DNA of 64,000 nucleotides from Rhodocyclaceae bacterium (GCA_029982755.1 JARRBR010000001.1:17093-81092); one strand, 5' to 3'; counted from the first letter of the stretch, positions 19,285 to 30,467 are shown. Numbers and translations are program-made. The notes: a model not told the origin generated them from the letters alone.

Positions 19285-19349
19285 CCTCGCGATTCCATCC
19301 GTGCTCAAAAGGGTGCGCGATGATGACACGAATCCGCCCCTCGTCCCGC

Positions 19350-20555
19350 TCAGGCCGGGTCCAGACGCAGGATGCGGCCCTCGGTCTCGTCCACCAGCCA
19401 CAGGTGGCCGTCCGGCCCCTGACGCACGTCGCGGATGCGGCGGCCGAGCTCGGTGAGCATGCGCTCCTCGTGCACCACGCGCTCGCCGTCGAGCACCAGT
19501 CGGGCGAGGAGCTGGAACTTCAGCGCGCCGACGAAGAGGCTCCCCTTCCACTGCGGGAACACGTCGCCGGTGTAGAAGGCCATGCCGGAGGGCGCGATCG
19601 AGGGCGTGAACTGCAGCACCGGCGCCTCCACCCCGGCGCGCGTCTCGCCTTCGCCGATCGTGCGCCCGGTGACGTATTCGCGCCCGTAGGTGACCTCGGG
19701 CCAGCCGTAGTTGAGTCCGGCGCGGGTGCGATTGATCTCGTCCCCGCCCTGCGGGCCGTGCTCGTGAGTCCACAGCTCGCCGGTCTGCGGGTGCAGCGCC
19801 GCGCCCTGCACGTTGCGGTGCCCCCAGGACCAGATCTCCGGCAGGGCGCCGGCGCGGCCGACCAGCGGATTGTCCGCGGGCACGCTGCCGTCGAGCGCGA
19901 TGCGCACCACCTTGCCGAGATGGCTGTCGATCGCCTGCGCGCGCTCGCGCTGATGGAAACGGTCGCCGAGGGTCACGAACAGCGTGCCGTCGCGCGCGAA
20001 CACCAGGCGCGATCCCCAGTGGTGGCTACCCGAGGGATCCTCGTTCTGCGCGAAGATGCGGCGCACGTCCTCCAGGCGCAGGGCGTCGGCATCCAGCAGG
20101 GCACGCGCCACCGCGGTGCGTGCGCCCTTCGCGGTGGGCTCGGCGTAGGAGAACACGATCAGCCCGTCGGTGGCGAAGTCCGGGCTCAGGGCGACGTCGA
20201 GCAGGCCGCCCTGGCCGCGCGCATGCACCTCGGGCACCCCAGCAATCGGCGCCGAGACCATGCCGTCCCTGCCAACGATGCGCATGGTGCCGGGGCGCTC
20301 GGTGACCAGCATGCGACCGTCGGGCAGGAAGGCGAGCGACCACGGGTTCTTCAGCCCGCTCGCCACCTCGGTGACCTTGACGCTGCCCGTCTCGGTACGC
20401 ACGATCAGGTCCCGCGCCGCCGCCGGCCCGCTCACCAGGGTCGCGGCCATCAGGCTGCCGACCAGCAGCGCGCGCAGGCGAAGCGTACGCCAGGCCGGCG
20501 CGGCACGCCGCGACGGCGGACCCGGCAGTCGGCGCAATGCACCACGAGAGGACAC
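19350..20555 (-). CDS. PQQ-dependent aldose sugar dehydrogenase (YliI/GSDH family); start uncertain
   Basis: PWSLAFLPDG, GQGGLLDV, GHRNVQG, EHGPQGGDEIN and NYGWP motifs. Confidence 0.88.
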   Translation of the reverse strand: MSSRGALRRLPGPPSRRAAPAWRTLRLRALLVGSLMAATLVSGPAAARDLIVRTETGSVKVTEVASGLKNPWSLAFLPDGRMLVTERPGTMRIVGRDGMVSAPIAGVPEVHARGQGGLLDVALSPDFATDGLIVFSYAEPTAKGARTAVARALLDADALRLEDVRRIFAQNEDPSGSHHWGSRLVFARDGTLFVTLGDRFHQRERAQAIDSHLGKVVRIALDGSVPADNPLVGRAGALPEIWSWGHRNVQGAALHPQTGELWTHEHGPQGGDEINRTRAGLNYGWPEVTYGREYVTGRTIGEGETRAGVEAPVLQFTPSIAPSGMAFYTGDVFPQWKGSLFVGALKFQLLARLVLDGERVVHEERMLTELGRRIRDVRQGPDGHLWLVDETEGRILRLDPA

Positions 20556-20734
20556 GTTCACCACCTCATCGGCGCAGACGGACGCACCACAAGGGCTGGA
20601 AGGTCCGCAGAGGCTGGACGACGGCGGGGCGATGGCAGGCATGAGCTTTCTCCTCGTTTCGGGCCGCGCGGGAACCTCCTCGGCCCCGTCCCGACCAACA
20701 GCACCATTCGAATTCAACGCTACTCGGACTCCGC

Positions 20735-21094
20735 ATGCCTTCATCCGTTCGCAAACTGCTGCGCCTCGTGTTCGTCATCGCCCTGCCCGCGGTCTTCTGG
20801 CTCGCGCTGCTGCCGGCGCCCGACGTCGCCAGGCTGGTGTCCTGGCAGGACAAGATCGAGCACGCGATCCTGTTCGCCGCCCTGGCCCTGCTCGCCTTCG
20901 CCGGCTGGCCGCAACGGCCGCTGGCGATCGCGATCGGGCTACTGGCCTACGGCGCCGCGATTGAGATTGCGCAGTCCCGGACTGCCCACCGCTTCGGCGA
21001 CCCCCTGGACTGGCTTGCGGACGCCGTCGGCCTGCTGGTGCTGCTGCCGCTCGCACTGAAACGCCGGGACGCGCGCGCCTCCGGCCGGCCGTAA
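20735..21094 (+). CDS. VanZ-like membrane protein
   Basis: DKIEHAILF, IEIAQ and DWLADAVG motifs. Confidence 0.8.
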   Translation: MPSSVRKLLRLVFVIALPAVFWLALLPAPDVARLVSWQDKIEHAILFAALALLAFAGWPQRPLAIAIGLLAYGAAIEIAQSRTAHRFGDPLDWLADAVGLLVLLPLALKRRDARASGRP

Positions 21095-21207
21095 GCCGCA
21101 TCAGCGCATCTAACGCGCCCGATCAAGTCCATCGCCCTCGTCACACCCGGGGCCGGTTTGATATCATCAAGCCCTTTTCCGTCAATCACTTGCGATCCCG
21201 CCGCGCC

Positions 21208-23166
21208 ATGAGCCATCCCCGCCACACCCTCGAACTCCTCGCCCCGGCCAAGACCGCCGATTTCGGCATCGAAGCCATCAACCACGGCGCGGATGCGGTG
21301 TACGTCGGCGGACCGGCCTTCGGCGCGCGCTCGTCCGCGGACAACTCGGTCGAGGACATCGCCCGCCTGGTGCAGCACGCCCACCGCTACCACGCGGAGG
21401 TTTTCGTCGCCACCAACACCATCCTCTTCGACCACGAGATCGAGCCGGCGCGCAAGCTGATCTGGCAGCTTTACGACGCCGGTGTAGACGCCCTGATCGT
21501 GCAGGACATGGGCCTGCTCGAGCTCGACCTGCCGCCGATCCAGCTCCACGCCAGCACCCAGACCGACATCCGCGACGCGAGCAAGGCGCGCTTCCTGCAG
21601 GACGTGGGCTTCTCGCAGATCGTGCTGGCGCGCGAGCTGTCGCTGAACGACGTGAAGAAGATCGCCGCGGCCACGACCTGCCAGCTCGAATACTTCGTCC
21701 ATGGCGCGCTGTGCGTGGCCTTCTCCGGCCAGTGCTACATCAGCCACGCCCACACCGGGCGCAGCGCCAACCGCGGCGAATGCTCGCAGGCCTGCCGCCT
21801 GCCGTACGACCTCAAGGACAAGGACGGCAACACCATCGCCAGCCAGCAGCACATGCTGTCGATGAAGGACAACAACCAGAGCGCCAACCTGCGCGCGCTG
21901 GCCGCCGCGGGCGTGAGCTCGTTCAAGATCGAGGGCCGCTACAAGGACCTCTCCTACGTCAAGAACATCACCGCGCACTACCGCACGCTGCTCGACGAGA
22001 TCATCGAGCATCCCGAGGCCGACGGCCCGCAGTACCGTCGCGCCTCGAGCGGGCGCACCACCTTCCTGTTCACTCCGCAGGCGGACAAGACCTTCAACCG
22101 CGGCTACACGGACTACTTCGCCAACGAGCGCCAGCACGGCATCGAGGCCTTCGAGTCGCCCAAGTTCGTCGGCGAGCCGATCGGCCGGGTCAGGAAGATC
22201 GACACCAAGGGCCGCAAGTTCTTCGACGTCGAGCGCGTGGCCCCCATCCACAACGCCGACGGCCTGACCTGGTACAACCCGAAAGGCGAACTCACCGGCC
22301 TGCGCGTGAACCGCGCCGAGGCCGAGGGCGGCGGCGAAGGCATAGACCGCATCTTCCCGTCCGAGCCGCTGCCGTCCGACCTGGTGCCGGGCACCTCGCT
22401 GTTCCGCAACCATGACCACGAGTTCGAGCGCGCGCTGGAGAAGAAGTCCGCCGAGCGCCGCATCCGCGTGGATGCCCGCTTTGCGGCCACCGCCGACGGC
22501 TTCGCGCTGAGCCTGACCGACGAGGACGGCGTTTGCGCCACCGCCACGCTCGCCGCGGCCTTCGAACCGGCACAGAACGCCGAGCGCGCGCTCGCCACGC
22601 TGCACGAGCACCTGGCCAAGCTGGGCAATACGATCTTCACCGCAGGCGAGATCACGCTCGACCTGCCGGCCGCCCCCTTCCTGCCCGCAGCCCAGCTCAA
22701 TGCCCTGCGCCGCGACGCCGTCGAACGGCTCGAGGCCGCACGCCTCGCGGCCCACGCCCGCCCGCCGCGCGCCGCCGCGATCGAGCCGCCGGTGCCCTAC
22801 CCGCAGGACGCGCTGAGCTATCTCGCCAACGTGCTGAACGACAAGGCGCGCGCGTTCTACGCGAAACACGGCGTCAAGCTGATCGACGCCGCCTACGAGG
22901 CGAACGTGGAGCGCGACGACGTCTCGCTGATGATCACCAAGCACTGCCTGCGCTACAGCTTCAACCTGTGTCCGAAGGAGGTGAAGGGCATCCGCCCCGA
23001 CCCGATGCAGCTGGTCAATGGCGACGAAACCCTGACCCTGCGCTTCGACTGCAAGCGCTGCGAGATGCACGTGGTCGGCGCGCTGCGCCCGCATGTCGCG
23101 AAGATGCGCGACACGGTGGTGGCGCAGAAGGTGAGCTTCGTGCCCCGCGCAGCCGCCCGCAGCTGA
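21208..23166 (+). CDS. rlhA: U32-family protein, 23S rRNA C2501 hydroxylase (RlhA/YdcP)
   Basis: ELLAPA, GADAVYVG, HASTQ, FVHGALCVAFSGQC, NRGECSQACR and KIEGR; about 650 aa with a C-terminal CLRYSFNLCP. Confidence 0.85.
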   Translation: MSHPRHTLELLAPAKTADFGIEAINHGADAVYVGGPAFGARSSADNSVEDIARLVQHAHRYHAEVFVATNTILFDHEIEPARKLIWQLYDAGVDALIVQDMGLLELDLPPIQLHASTQTDIRDASKARFLQDVGFSQIVLARELSLNDVKKIAAATTCQLEYFVHGALCVAFSGQCYISHAHTGRSANRGECSQACRLPYDLKDKDGNTIASQQHMLSMKDNNQSANLRALAAAGVSSFKIEGRYKDLSYVKNITAHYRTLLDEIIEHPEADGPQYRRASSGRTTFLFTPQADKTFNRGYTDYFANERQHGIEAFESPKFVGEPIGRVRKIDTKGRKFFDVERVAPIHNADGLTWYNPKGELTGLRVNRAEAEGGGEGIDRIFPSEPLPSDLVPGTSLFRNHDHEFERALEKKSAERRIRVDARFAATADGFALSLTDEDGVCATATLAAAFEPAQNAERALATLHEHLAKLGNTIFTAGEITLDLPAAPFLPAAQLNALRRDAVERLEAARLAAHARPPRAAAIEPPVPYPQDALSYLANVLNDKARAFYAKHGVKLIDAAYEANVERDDVSLMITKHCLRYSFNLCPKEVKGIRPDPMQLVNGDETLTLRFDCKRCEMHVVGALRPHVAKMRDTVVAQKVSFVPRAAARS

Positions 23167-23203
23167 TCGAGACACGTACGAGTCGAAAGGCTCGCGTAAC
23201 GGC

Positions 23204-23219
23204 TGTGATCCGTATCACA
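23204..23219. promoter_or_regulatory. Perfect CRP-type box TGTGA-tccgta-TCACA
   Basis: Exact TGTGA-N6-TCACA match; candidate -10 TAGATT at 23261-23266. Confidence 0.7.
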
Positions 23220-23321
23220 AGCAGACGCTGATATGCCCTGCCATCAGCTCGGCAAAGGCGTAGATTGAATGTCGACGGGAGCTGCATCCCGGCTCCCGTT
23301 CCCGGACAGCAGAGGCGGATC

Positions 23322-23591
23322 ATGGACAACCAGTCGCTCATCGTCGTCAATGGCCAGCGCCCCCGCTCGGCGGCGCACCATTACCACGGCACGGTCGAGC
23401 AATCGATCTACCGTGCCATCGATGCTGGCTACCACGTCGGCAGCACCGTGCGCATCGGCCAGGTGCCGGGCAGCGTGATCGGCTATAACATCTCCAACTT
23501 CGGCCGCTTCAGCGGCGCCTCCTACCCGCTGCTGGTCGAGACCGAATACGGCATCGCCAAGTGCAGCATGGGGGAAGTCAGTCCGGCCTGA
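23322..23591 (+). CDS. Hypothetical protein (89 aa)
   Basis: MDNQSLIVVNG...; GAGG RBS; host-like codon usage; no family recognised. Confidence 0.65.
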   Translation: MDNQSLIVVNGQRPRSAAHHYHGTVEQSIYRAIDAGYHVGSTVRIGQVPGSVIGYNISNFGRFSGASYPLLVETEYGIAKCSMGEVSPA

Positions 23592-23670
23592 CCCGCGGCG
23601 CGATTGCGGCACGGAGGCCGGCGCGACAGGGGCGTCGCGGCGCGCGCCGGCAGTTCCCTCAGGCCGCCCC

Positions 23671-24081
23671 ATGCACGAACCACGCCCCTTGCTGACCCCC
23701 GTCTCCGCCCTTCCCGGCCATCCCGACCTGGCCGCCTCGCCCCTCGTGGTGCTGGCTCTGTGTGCCGACTGGTGCGGGACCTGCCGCGACTTCCAACAGG
23801 TGCTGCAGCAGCTTGCCGAGGCGCGGCGCGACATCGTCTTCGCCTGGGCCGACATCGAGGACGACGCCGACCTGGTCGGCGGCATCGACGTCGACACCTT
23901 TCCCACCCTGGCGATCTTCCGCGGCGGCGTCACGCTGCACTTCGGCGCCAGCCTGCCGCAGGGCGACGTGGTCGCGCGCATGATCGACACCCTGGCCGAC
24001 CGCCCGCCACGTGCGGCCGCCGGCCTGCCCGCGGAGGTGGAGGCGCTCGCCCGCCTGATCGGCGGCCAGCCGGCGCGCTGA
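23671..24081 (+). CDS. Thioredoxin-family protein
   Basis: LCADWCGTC active site; cis-Pro motif TFPTL. Confidence 0.85.
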   Translation: MHEPRPLLTPVSALPGHPDLAASPLVVLALCADWCGTCRDFQQVLQQLAEARRDIVFAWADIEDDADLVGGIDVDTFPTLAIFRGGVTLHFGASLPQGDVVARMIDTLADRPPRAAAGLPAEVEALARLIGGQPAR

Positions 24082-24091
24082 GCGCGCAGGC

Positions 24092-25582
24092 TCAGTGCCC
24101 CGAGGTCAGGCGCTCGTACAGCTTGACTGCGGTATCGACGTGGCGCAGCAGCCGCATGCCCTTGGCGACTACCAGGCGGATGTGCTGGCTGCGGCGCATG
24201 CGTTCGGTCGACGGGGCGAGCACCGCGTGCAGCCGCGCCCACTGCGTGCCGACCTCCTCGAGTTGGGCGACGAGTTGCGGCAGCGCCGCGCCGCTGCGGC
24301 GCAGTTCGGCCAGATTGTCGTCGAAGGCTGCGACCGAGGCCTCCATCTGTCGCTCGGCCTCCTCCGCCGCAGCGGCGATGTCCTGGAACAGGAAGAACTT
24401 GACGATGCGCTGGGACAGCATGCGATTGCGCCCGGCGACATTGACGTAGCGCCCGTGCGGCCCGCCGCCCGCCGTCTGCGCGGCCAGCGTGGTCAGCGCG
24501 TCGGCGAGGACGAGGATCTCCTCGCTCGCGTGCAGCACGCGCCCCGCATCGGATCCGGCAGCGAACAGCGCCTCCCGGTAGCCCGGCCAGGCCGCGCCCA
24601 GCGCCTCGAGCGCGCGCGCCAGCTCGGGGTCGAGATTGGCACGCTGGAGCTGGGCGAGCGTGCGCTCGAATTCGGTGATGCGCTGGCGCAGCTGGATGGC
24701 GGATTCGGCCGGCGCGATGCCATGTTCGCAGAGCGCCCAGGCAATCGCCTGGCGCTGGGTCAGCAGGCGCAGGCGTCCGCAATGGTTGATGAGCTTGCCG
24801 GCGGCGATGCGCTGCGGCTTGTCTTCCGCATCGGTGCGGCGCAGCTTGCGCGCGAAGTTCAGGCGCTGCGGCGCGGCGCTCGGCGCGGTCTCGAGCAGGG
24901 CGGCGTTCTGGATGTGGATGCGGCTCTTGTCCACCACGATCACGCCCTTGTCGGCCAGCTCGCGCAGGCTGCGCGAGAAGGCCTCGGGGGTGATGCCGAT
25001 GCGCGCGGCAAGGATCTTCTTCTTGGCCTTGAGCTCGACCGTGGTTTCGCCGGCGATCGGCAGTTCGCCGCCGGCGAGCTCGATCAGGTAGTCGAGGATG
25101 CGCTGGGCCCCGGTCAGGCCTGAGTGGTGGCCGGTGACGTCGAACTCGATCGCGCACTGGCGCTGGGCGAGGGCCTCGATCACGCCGGCGCTGAAGTCGA
25201 TGTCCTGCCGCACCAGCTTGCGCAGCACGCGCACGTCAAGCGCGACGAGGATGCTCGGCGACACCGTCTCGCAGGCCGAGGCGTAGCGCTGTGCGCCGAA
25301 CACCTCTCCGAGCGCGAGCACCCGCGGCGTATGCACGAGCTCGATGATCTTGCGGGTGTCCGCGGCGAGCAGGCGGTAACGCAGGACGCTGCCGTCGCAC
25401 AGCATGAAGACCTCGCGCAGGGGATCGCCGGCGTGGTACAGGGCGGTGCGCGCGGGCAGCTCGAGCAGCCGGCCGGCAGCGCACAACTCGTCCAGCTGCG
25501 CGGTGGCGAGTTCGGAAAACAGCGGGCAGCGCGACAGGAAGTCGCGCAGTACCTGGCGGCGGTTGAAGGGTCGTGCGCTCAA
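24092..25582 (-). CDS. Crp/Fnr (Dnr-type) regulator fused to two C-terminal NarX/PilJ-like sensor modules
   Basis: cNMP-type domain and HTH IGITPEAFSR, followed by LINHCGRLRLLTQR and YVNVAGRNRMLSQR P-box-like motifs. Likely TTG start at 25582 with a GAGG RBS. Confidence 0.8.
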   Translation of the reverse strand: MSARPFNRRQVLRDFLSRCPLFSELATAQLDELCAAGRLLELPARTALYHAGDPLREVFMLCDGSVLRYRLLAADTRKIIELVHTPRVLALGEVFGAQRYASACETVSPSILVALDVRVLRKLVRQDIDFSAGVIEALAQRQCAIEFDVTGHHSGLTGAQRILDYLIELAGGELPIAGETTVELKAKKKILAARIGITPEAFSRSLRELADKGVIVVDKSRIHIQNAALLETAPSAAPQRLNFARKLRRTDAEDKPQRIAAGKLINHCGRLRLLTQRQAIAWALCEHGIAPAESAIQLRQRITEFERTLAQLQRANLDPELARALEALGAAWPGYREALFAAGSDAGRVLHASEEILVLADALTTLAAQTAGGGPHGRYVNVAGRNRMLSQRIVKFFLFQDIAAAAEEAERQMEASVAAFDDNLAELRRSGAALPQLVAQLEEVGTQWARLHAVLAPSTERMRRSQHIRLVVAKGMRLLRHVDTAVKLYERLTSGH

Positions 25583-25664
25583 TCGGAGAACCTCACGTCC
25601 GCTGCAGCCGCCGGAAACGGCGCGGCGGGAGGACGAATCCTCCCGCCGCAACCGCGCGACGGCC

Positions 25665-27398
<1,734 letters not shown>

Positions 27399-27457
27399 TT
27401 ACCCACCCTCGTGTTTGAAAAGGTGAGGCACTTTCTTCAAGCCGTCCGGAAAGCGAT

Positions 27458-27471
27458 TTGACAGATATCAA
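27458..27471. promoter_or_regulatory. FNR/DNR box proximal to nirS (TTGAC-agat-ATCAA)
   Basis: 9/10 match to TTGAT-N4-ATCAA, about 65 bp upstream of the nirS ATG. Confidence 0.8.
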
Positions 27472-27503
27472 CACCCCGCCAAGCGCCTGATTTGGCAAGG
27501 ATT

Positions 27504-27547
27504 CATGCCGGTCCATGCTTGATCGTGATCAAGCATGGACCGGCATG
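27504..27547. repeat. Perfect 44-bp palindrome (21-bp arms) centred on a consensus FNR box at 27519-27532
   Basis: CATGCCGGTCCATGCTTGATC-gt-GATCAAGCATGGACCGGCATG. Confidence 0.9.
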
Positions 27548-27552
27548 CAGGC

Positions 27553-28776
27553 TCAGGCCCGCTCCGCCGCGCGGCAGGCGGCCGCGGTGAACAGCACGTC
27601 GGTCGAGGAATTCAGCGCGGTTTCCACCGAATCCTGCACCACGCCGATGATGAAGCCGATCGCCACCACCTGCATCGCGACGTCGGTCGGGATGCCGAAC
27701 AGGTTGCACGCCATCGGGATCAGCAGCAGCGAGCCACCGGCCACGCCCGACGCACCGCAGGCGCCGAGCGCCGACACCACCGACAGCAGCAGCGCGGTGG
27801 GCAGGTCGACCACAATGCCCAGCGTATGGGCCGCGGCTAGGCTCATGACCGCGATGGTGATCGCCGCGCCTGCCATGTTGATGGTGGCGCCGAGCGGGAT
27901 CGAGATCGAATAGGTGTCCTCGTGCAGGCCGAGGCGGCGGCACAGGTCCAGGTTCACCGGAATGTTGGCCGCCGAGCTGCGGGTGAAGAAGGCGGTCAGC
28001 GCACTCTCGCGCAGGCAGGTGAACACCAGCGGGAACGGATTGCGCCGCGTCTTCCAGAACACCAGCAGCGGGTTCATCACGAAGGCTACGAACAGCATGC
28101 TGCCGACGATCACCAGCAGCAGCCGGCCATAGCCGAGCAGCGCGCCGAGGCCCGACTCGGTCAGCGTGGCGCCGACCAGGCCGAAGATGCCGAGCGGGGC
28201 GAAGCGGATCACCACGCGCACGATCTTCGACACCGCCTCGGCCAGGTCGACGAGCAGCGCCTGCGTACCCGGACTGGCGTGGCGCAGCGCGGCGCCGAGA
28301 CCGATCGCCCATGCCAGGATGCCGATGAAGTTGGCCTCCATCAGCGCCTTGACCGGGTTCGTCACCACGTTGAGCAGGAGGTTCTTCAACACCCCGACGA
28401 TGCCGCCCGGCGGCGTGCCGGCGACCTGCGGGGCATCGAGCACCAGCATGGTCGGGAAGGCGAAGCTGGCGAGCACCGCCACCAGCGCGGCGCCGAAGGT
28501 GCCGGCCAGGTACAGCGTGATCACCGGGCGGAGGTGGGTCTCGGTGCCGTGGCGATGCCCGGCCACCGCGGCGGTGACCAGCACGAACACCAGCACCGGC
28601 GCGACCGCCTTGAGCGCCGAGATGAAGATGTCGCCGAGCAGCGCGGTCGAGCGCGCGAGCTCGGGCGCGAGCAGCGCGATGGCGATGCCGCAGACGAGGC
28701 CGATGGCGATCTGCGCGACGAGGCTGGTTGCGGACAGGAAACGGAGGGCGGGGTTGGCGGTTGCGGATGAACTCAT
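27553..28776 (-). CDS. sstT: Serine/threonine:Na+ symporter (DAACS family)
   Basis: [35 protein letters not shown] and [13 protein letters not shown]. Confidence 0.93.
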   Translation of the reverse strand: MSSSATANPALRFLSATSLVAQIAIGLVCGIAIALLAPELARSTALLGDIFISALKAVAPVLVFVLVTAAVAGHRHGTETHLRPVITLYLAGTFGAALVAVLASFAFPTMLVLDAPQVAGTPPGGIVGVLKNLLLNVVTNPVKALMEANFIGILAWAIGLGAALRHASPGTQALLVDLAEAVSKIVRVVIRFAPLGIFGLVGATLTESGLGALLGYGRLLLVIVGSMLFVAFVMNPLLVFWKTRRNPFPLVFTCLRESALTAFFTRSSAANIPVNLDLCRRLGLHEDTYSISIPLGATINMAGAAITIAVMSLAAAHTLGIVVDLPTALLLSVVSALGACGASGVAGGSLLLIPMACNLFGIPTDVAMQVVAIGFIIGVVQDSVETALNSSTDVLFTAAACRAAERA

Positions 28777-28853
28777 GATTCGGAGGGAAAAGGAAAACAT
28801 GCACGCCGGCGCCCACCCGTGGGCGGGGCCGTACGCAAGGACGCGGCGCCGGA

Positions 28854-29330
28854 TCAGCGCAGCGGGATGGGCAGCGCCGACGGCACAGGCACCGCGGTGA
28901 CGTTGTTCTGGGGACTGCCGTCGATCAGCTTGTCGCTGTAGACGAGGTAGACGAGCGTGTTGCGCTTCGCGTCGACCATGCGCACGATGCGGACCTTCTT
29001 GAACAGGATCGAGGCGCTCTGCGAGAACACCTCCTCCTGCTCCTTCAGCGGCCCAGTGAAGGCGATCTCGCCGACCTGGCGGCAGGCGACCGAGGCGTCG
29101 GCGGTGTCTTCGGCCAGGCCGAGCGTGCCCTTGATGCCGCCGGTGCGGGCGCGCGAGACGTAGCACGCCACCCCCTTGACCCTGGGGTCATCGAAGGCCT
29201 CGACCACCACCTGGTGGTTGCGGCCGATCAGCTTGAACGCGGTGTCGACGTGGCCGACCGTCTCCGCCTGGACGAGCACGGGCGCAGCCGCAAGCAGCGC
29301 CGGCAGCAGGCGGGGGAAAATCCTGGTCAT
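28854..29330 (-). CDS. creA: CreA family protein
   Basis: [28 protein letters not shown] and [10 protein letters not shown]; signal peptide. Confidence 0.88.
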   Translation of the reverse strand: MTRIFPRLLPALLAAAPVLVQAETVGHVDTAFKLIGRNHQVVVEAFDDPRVKGVACYVSRARTGGIKGTLGLAEDTADASVACRQVGEIAFTGPLKEQEEVFSQSASILFKKVRIVRMVDAKRNTLVYLVYSDKLIDGSPQNNVTAVPVPSALPIPLR

Positions 29331-29394
29331 GCGAAGCTCCTGGAGACGGGGGCGGCGATTATCGCACCGCGCGATCCCTTGCGGGCGACGATTA

Positions 29395-29408
29395 CTGAGC
29401 AGAATCAA
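29395..29408. promoter_or_regulatory. Degenerate FNR/DNR box (CTGAG-caga-ATCAA) upstream of the norE-like gene
   Basis: 8/10 match with one perfect half-site. Confidence 0.45.
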
Positions 29409-29487
29409 GGCGCACCCCGTGCCGCAACGGCACCATCCGGGGCATTCGAAGCTTCGCGCGGATCGAGAACCGCTCCGCCCGCCCATC

Positions 29488-30108
29488 GTGTCGATCGCCG
29501 TGCCCCTTCCTCCGTCCCCCGCGCCGCCCGCGCGCCCCGCCTCCCCGCCTGCGACCGGTCGCATCCCGGGCAGCAAGGCGATGTGGGTGGGCATCTTCTG
29601 CGAGATCACCGAGTTCGCGCTGCTGTTCGCGGTGTTCTTCGTCGCGCGCGCCCATCACCCCGAGGCCTTCCGCGCCGGCCCGGACCAGCTCTCGCTGCTC
29701 GCCGGCACCGGCTACACGCTGATGCTGCTGACCAGCGGCTGGTGCGTGGCGCGCGCGCTGCACGCGATGCGTCGGAGCGACAGAACCGCATGCCTGCGCT
29801 GGATGCTCGCCGGCTTCGTGTTCGGGCTGGGCTACCCGGCGATCAAGATCTTCGAGCTGCAGCGCAACTTCGCGCTCGGGCTGGACGGCGATGCGGGCGT
29901 GTTCATCGTCAGCTACTACTACCTGACCTTCACCCACCTGGTGCACGTGTTCTGGGGATTGCTCGGCATGCTGTGGGTGATCGCCCGCACCGGTTTCGGC
30001 GCCTACACGGCGGAAGAACACAGCGGCCTGGAAGCGTTCGCCTGCTACTGGCACGTCACCGACATGATCTGGCTGATGATCTTCCCGCTCTTCTACCTGC
30101 TCGGATGA
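29488..30108 (+). CDS. Cytochrome c oxidase subunit III-like protein (NorE/NirO-like)
   Basis: GIFCEITEF, LLTSG, YYYLTFTHLVHV and YWHVTDMIW motifs; GTG start inferred. Confidence 0.82.
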   Translation: MSIAVPLPPSPAPPARPASPPATGRIPGSKAMWVGIFCEITEFALLFAVFFVARAHHPEAFRAGPDQLSLLAGTGYTLMLLTSGWCVARALHAMRRSDRTACLRWMLAGFVFGLGYPAIKIFELQRNFALGLDGDAGVFIVSYYYLTFTHLVHVFWGLLGMLWVIARTGFGAYTAEEHSGLEAFACYWHVTDMIWLMIFPLFYLLG

Positions 30109-30118
30109 GGCCCCCCGC

Positions 30119-30412
30119 ATGAGTTCCGAACGCAGAATCGATCTTGCCTGGCTGATGCTGGTGCTGCTGAGCGTGGGCGGCGCCGGGATCGGCAGCACCG
30201 ACGGCAACGCCGTGCTGGTCGCGGTGGGTGTGTCGGTGGTGATGGCGATCAAGCTGCGCCTGGTGTGCAGCTACTTCCTCGAGCTGCACGAGGCGCATCC
30301 GCGCATCCGCCGCGCCGTGATGACCTTCTGCCACGGCATGCCGGTCCTGGTGATCCTCACCACCGCATTCGGCGACACCCTCTCCCGCCTGACTGGCGCG
30401 CTGATCGGCTAG
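30119..30412 (+). CDS. Cytochrome oxidase subunit IV-like small membrane protein (NorF/NirP-like)
   Basis: AWLMLVLLS...KLRLVCSYFLEL motif; 3 TM; directly after the COX3-like gene. Confidence 0.7.
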   Translation: MSSERRIDLAWLMLVLLSVGGAGIGSTDGNAVLVAVGVSVVMAIKLRLVCSYFLELHEAHPRIRRAVMTFCHGMPVLVILTTAFGDTLSRLTGALIG

Positions 30413-30467
30413 CGCCGGGAACGGCAGCGGCCGGTCGCCGCCGGCGGAAAAAGGCGCCGATGCCGTC

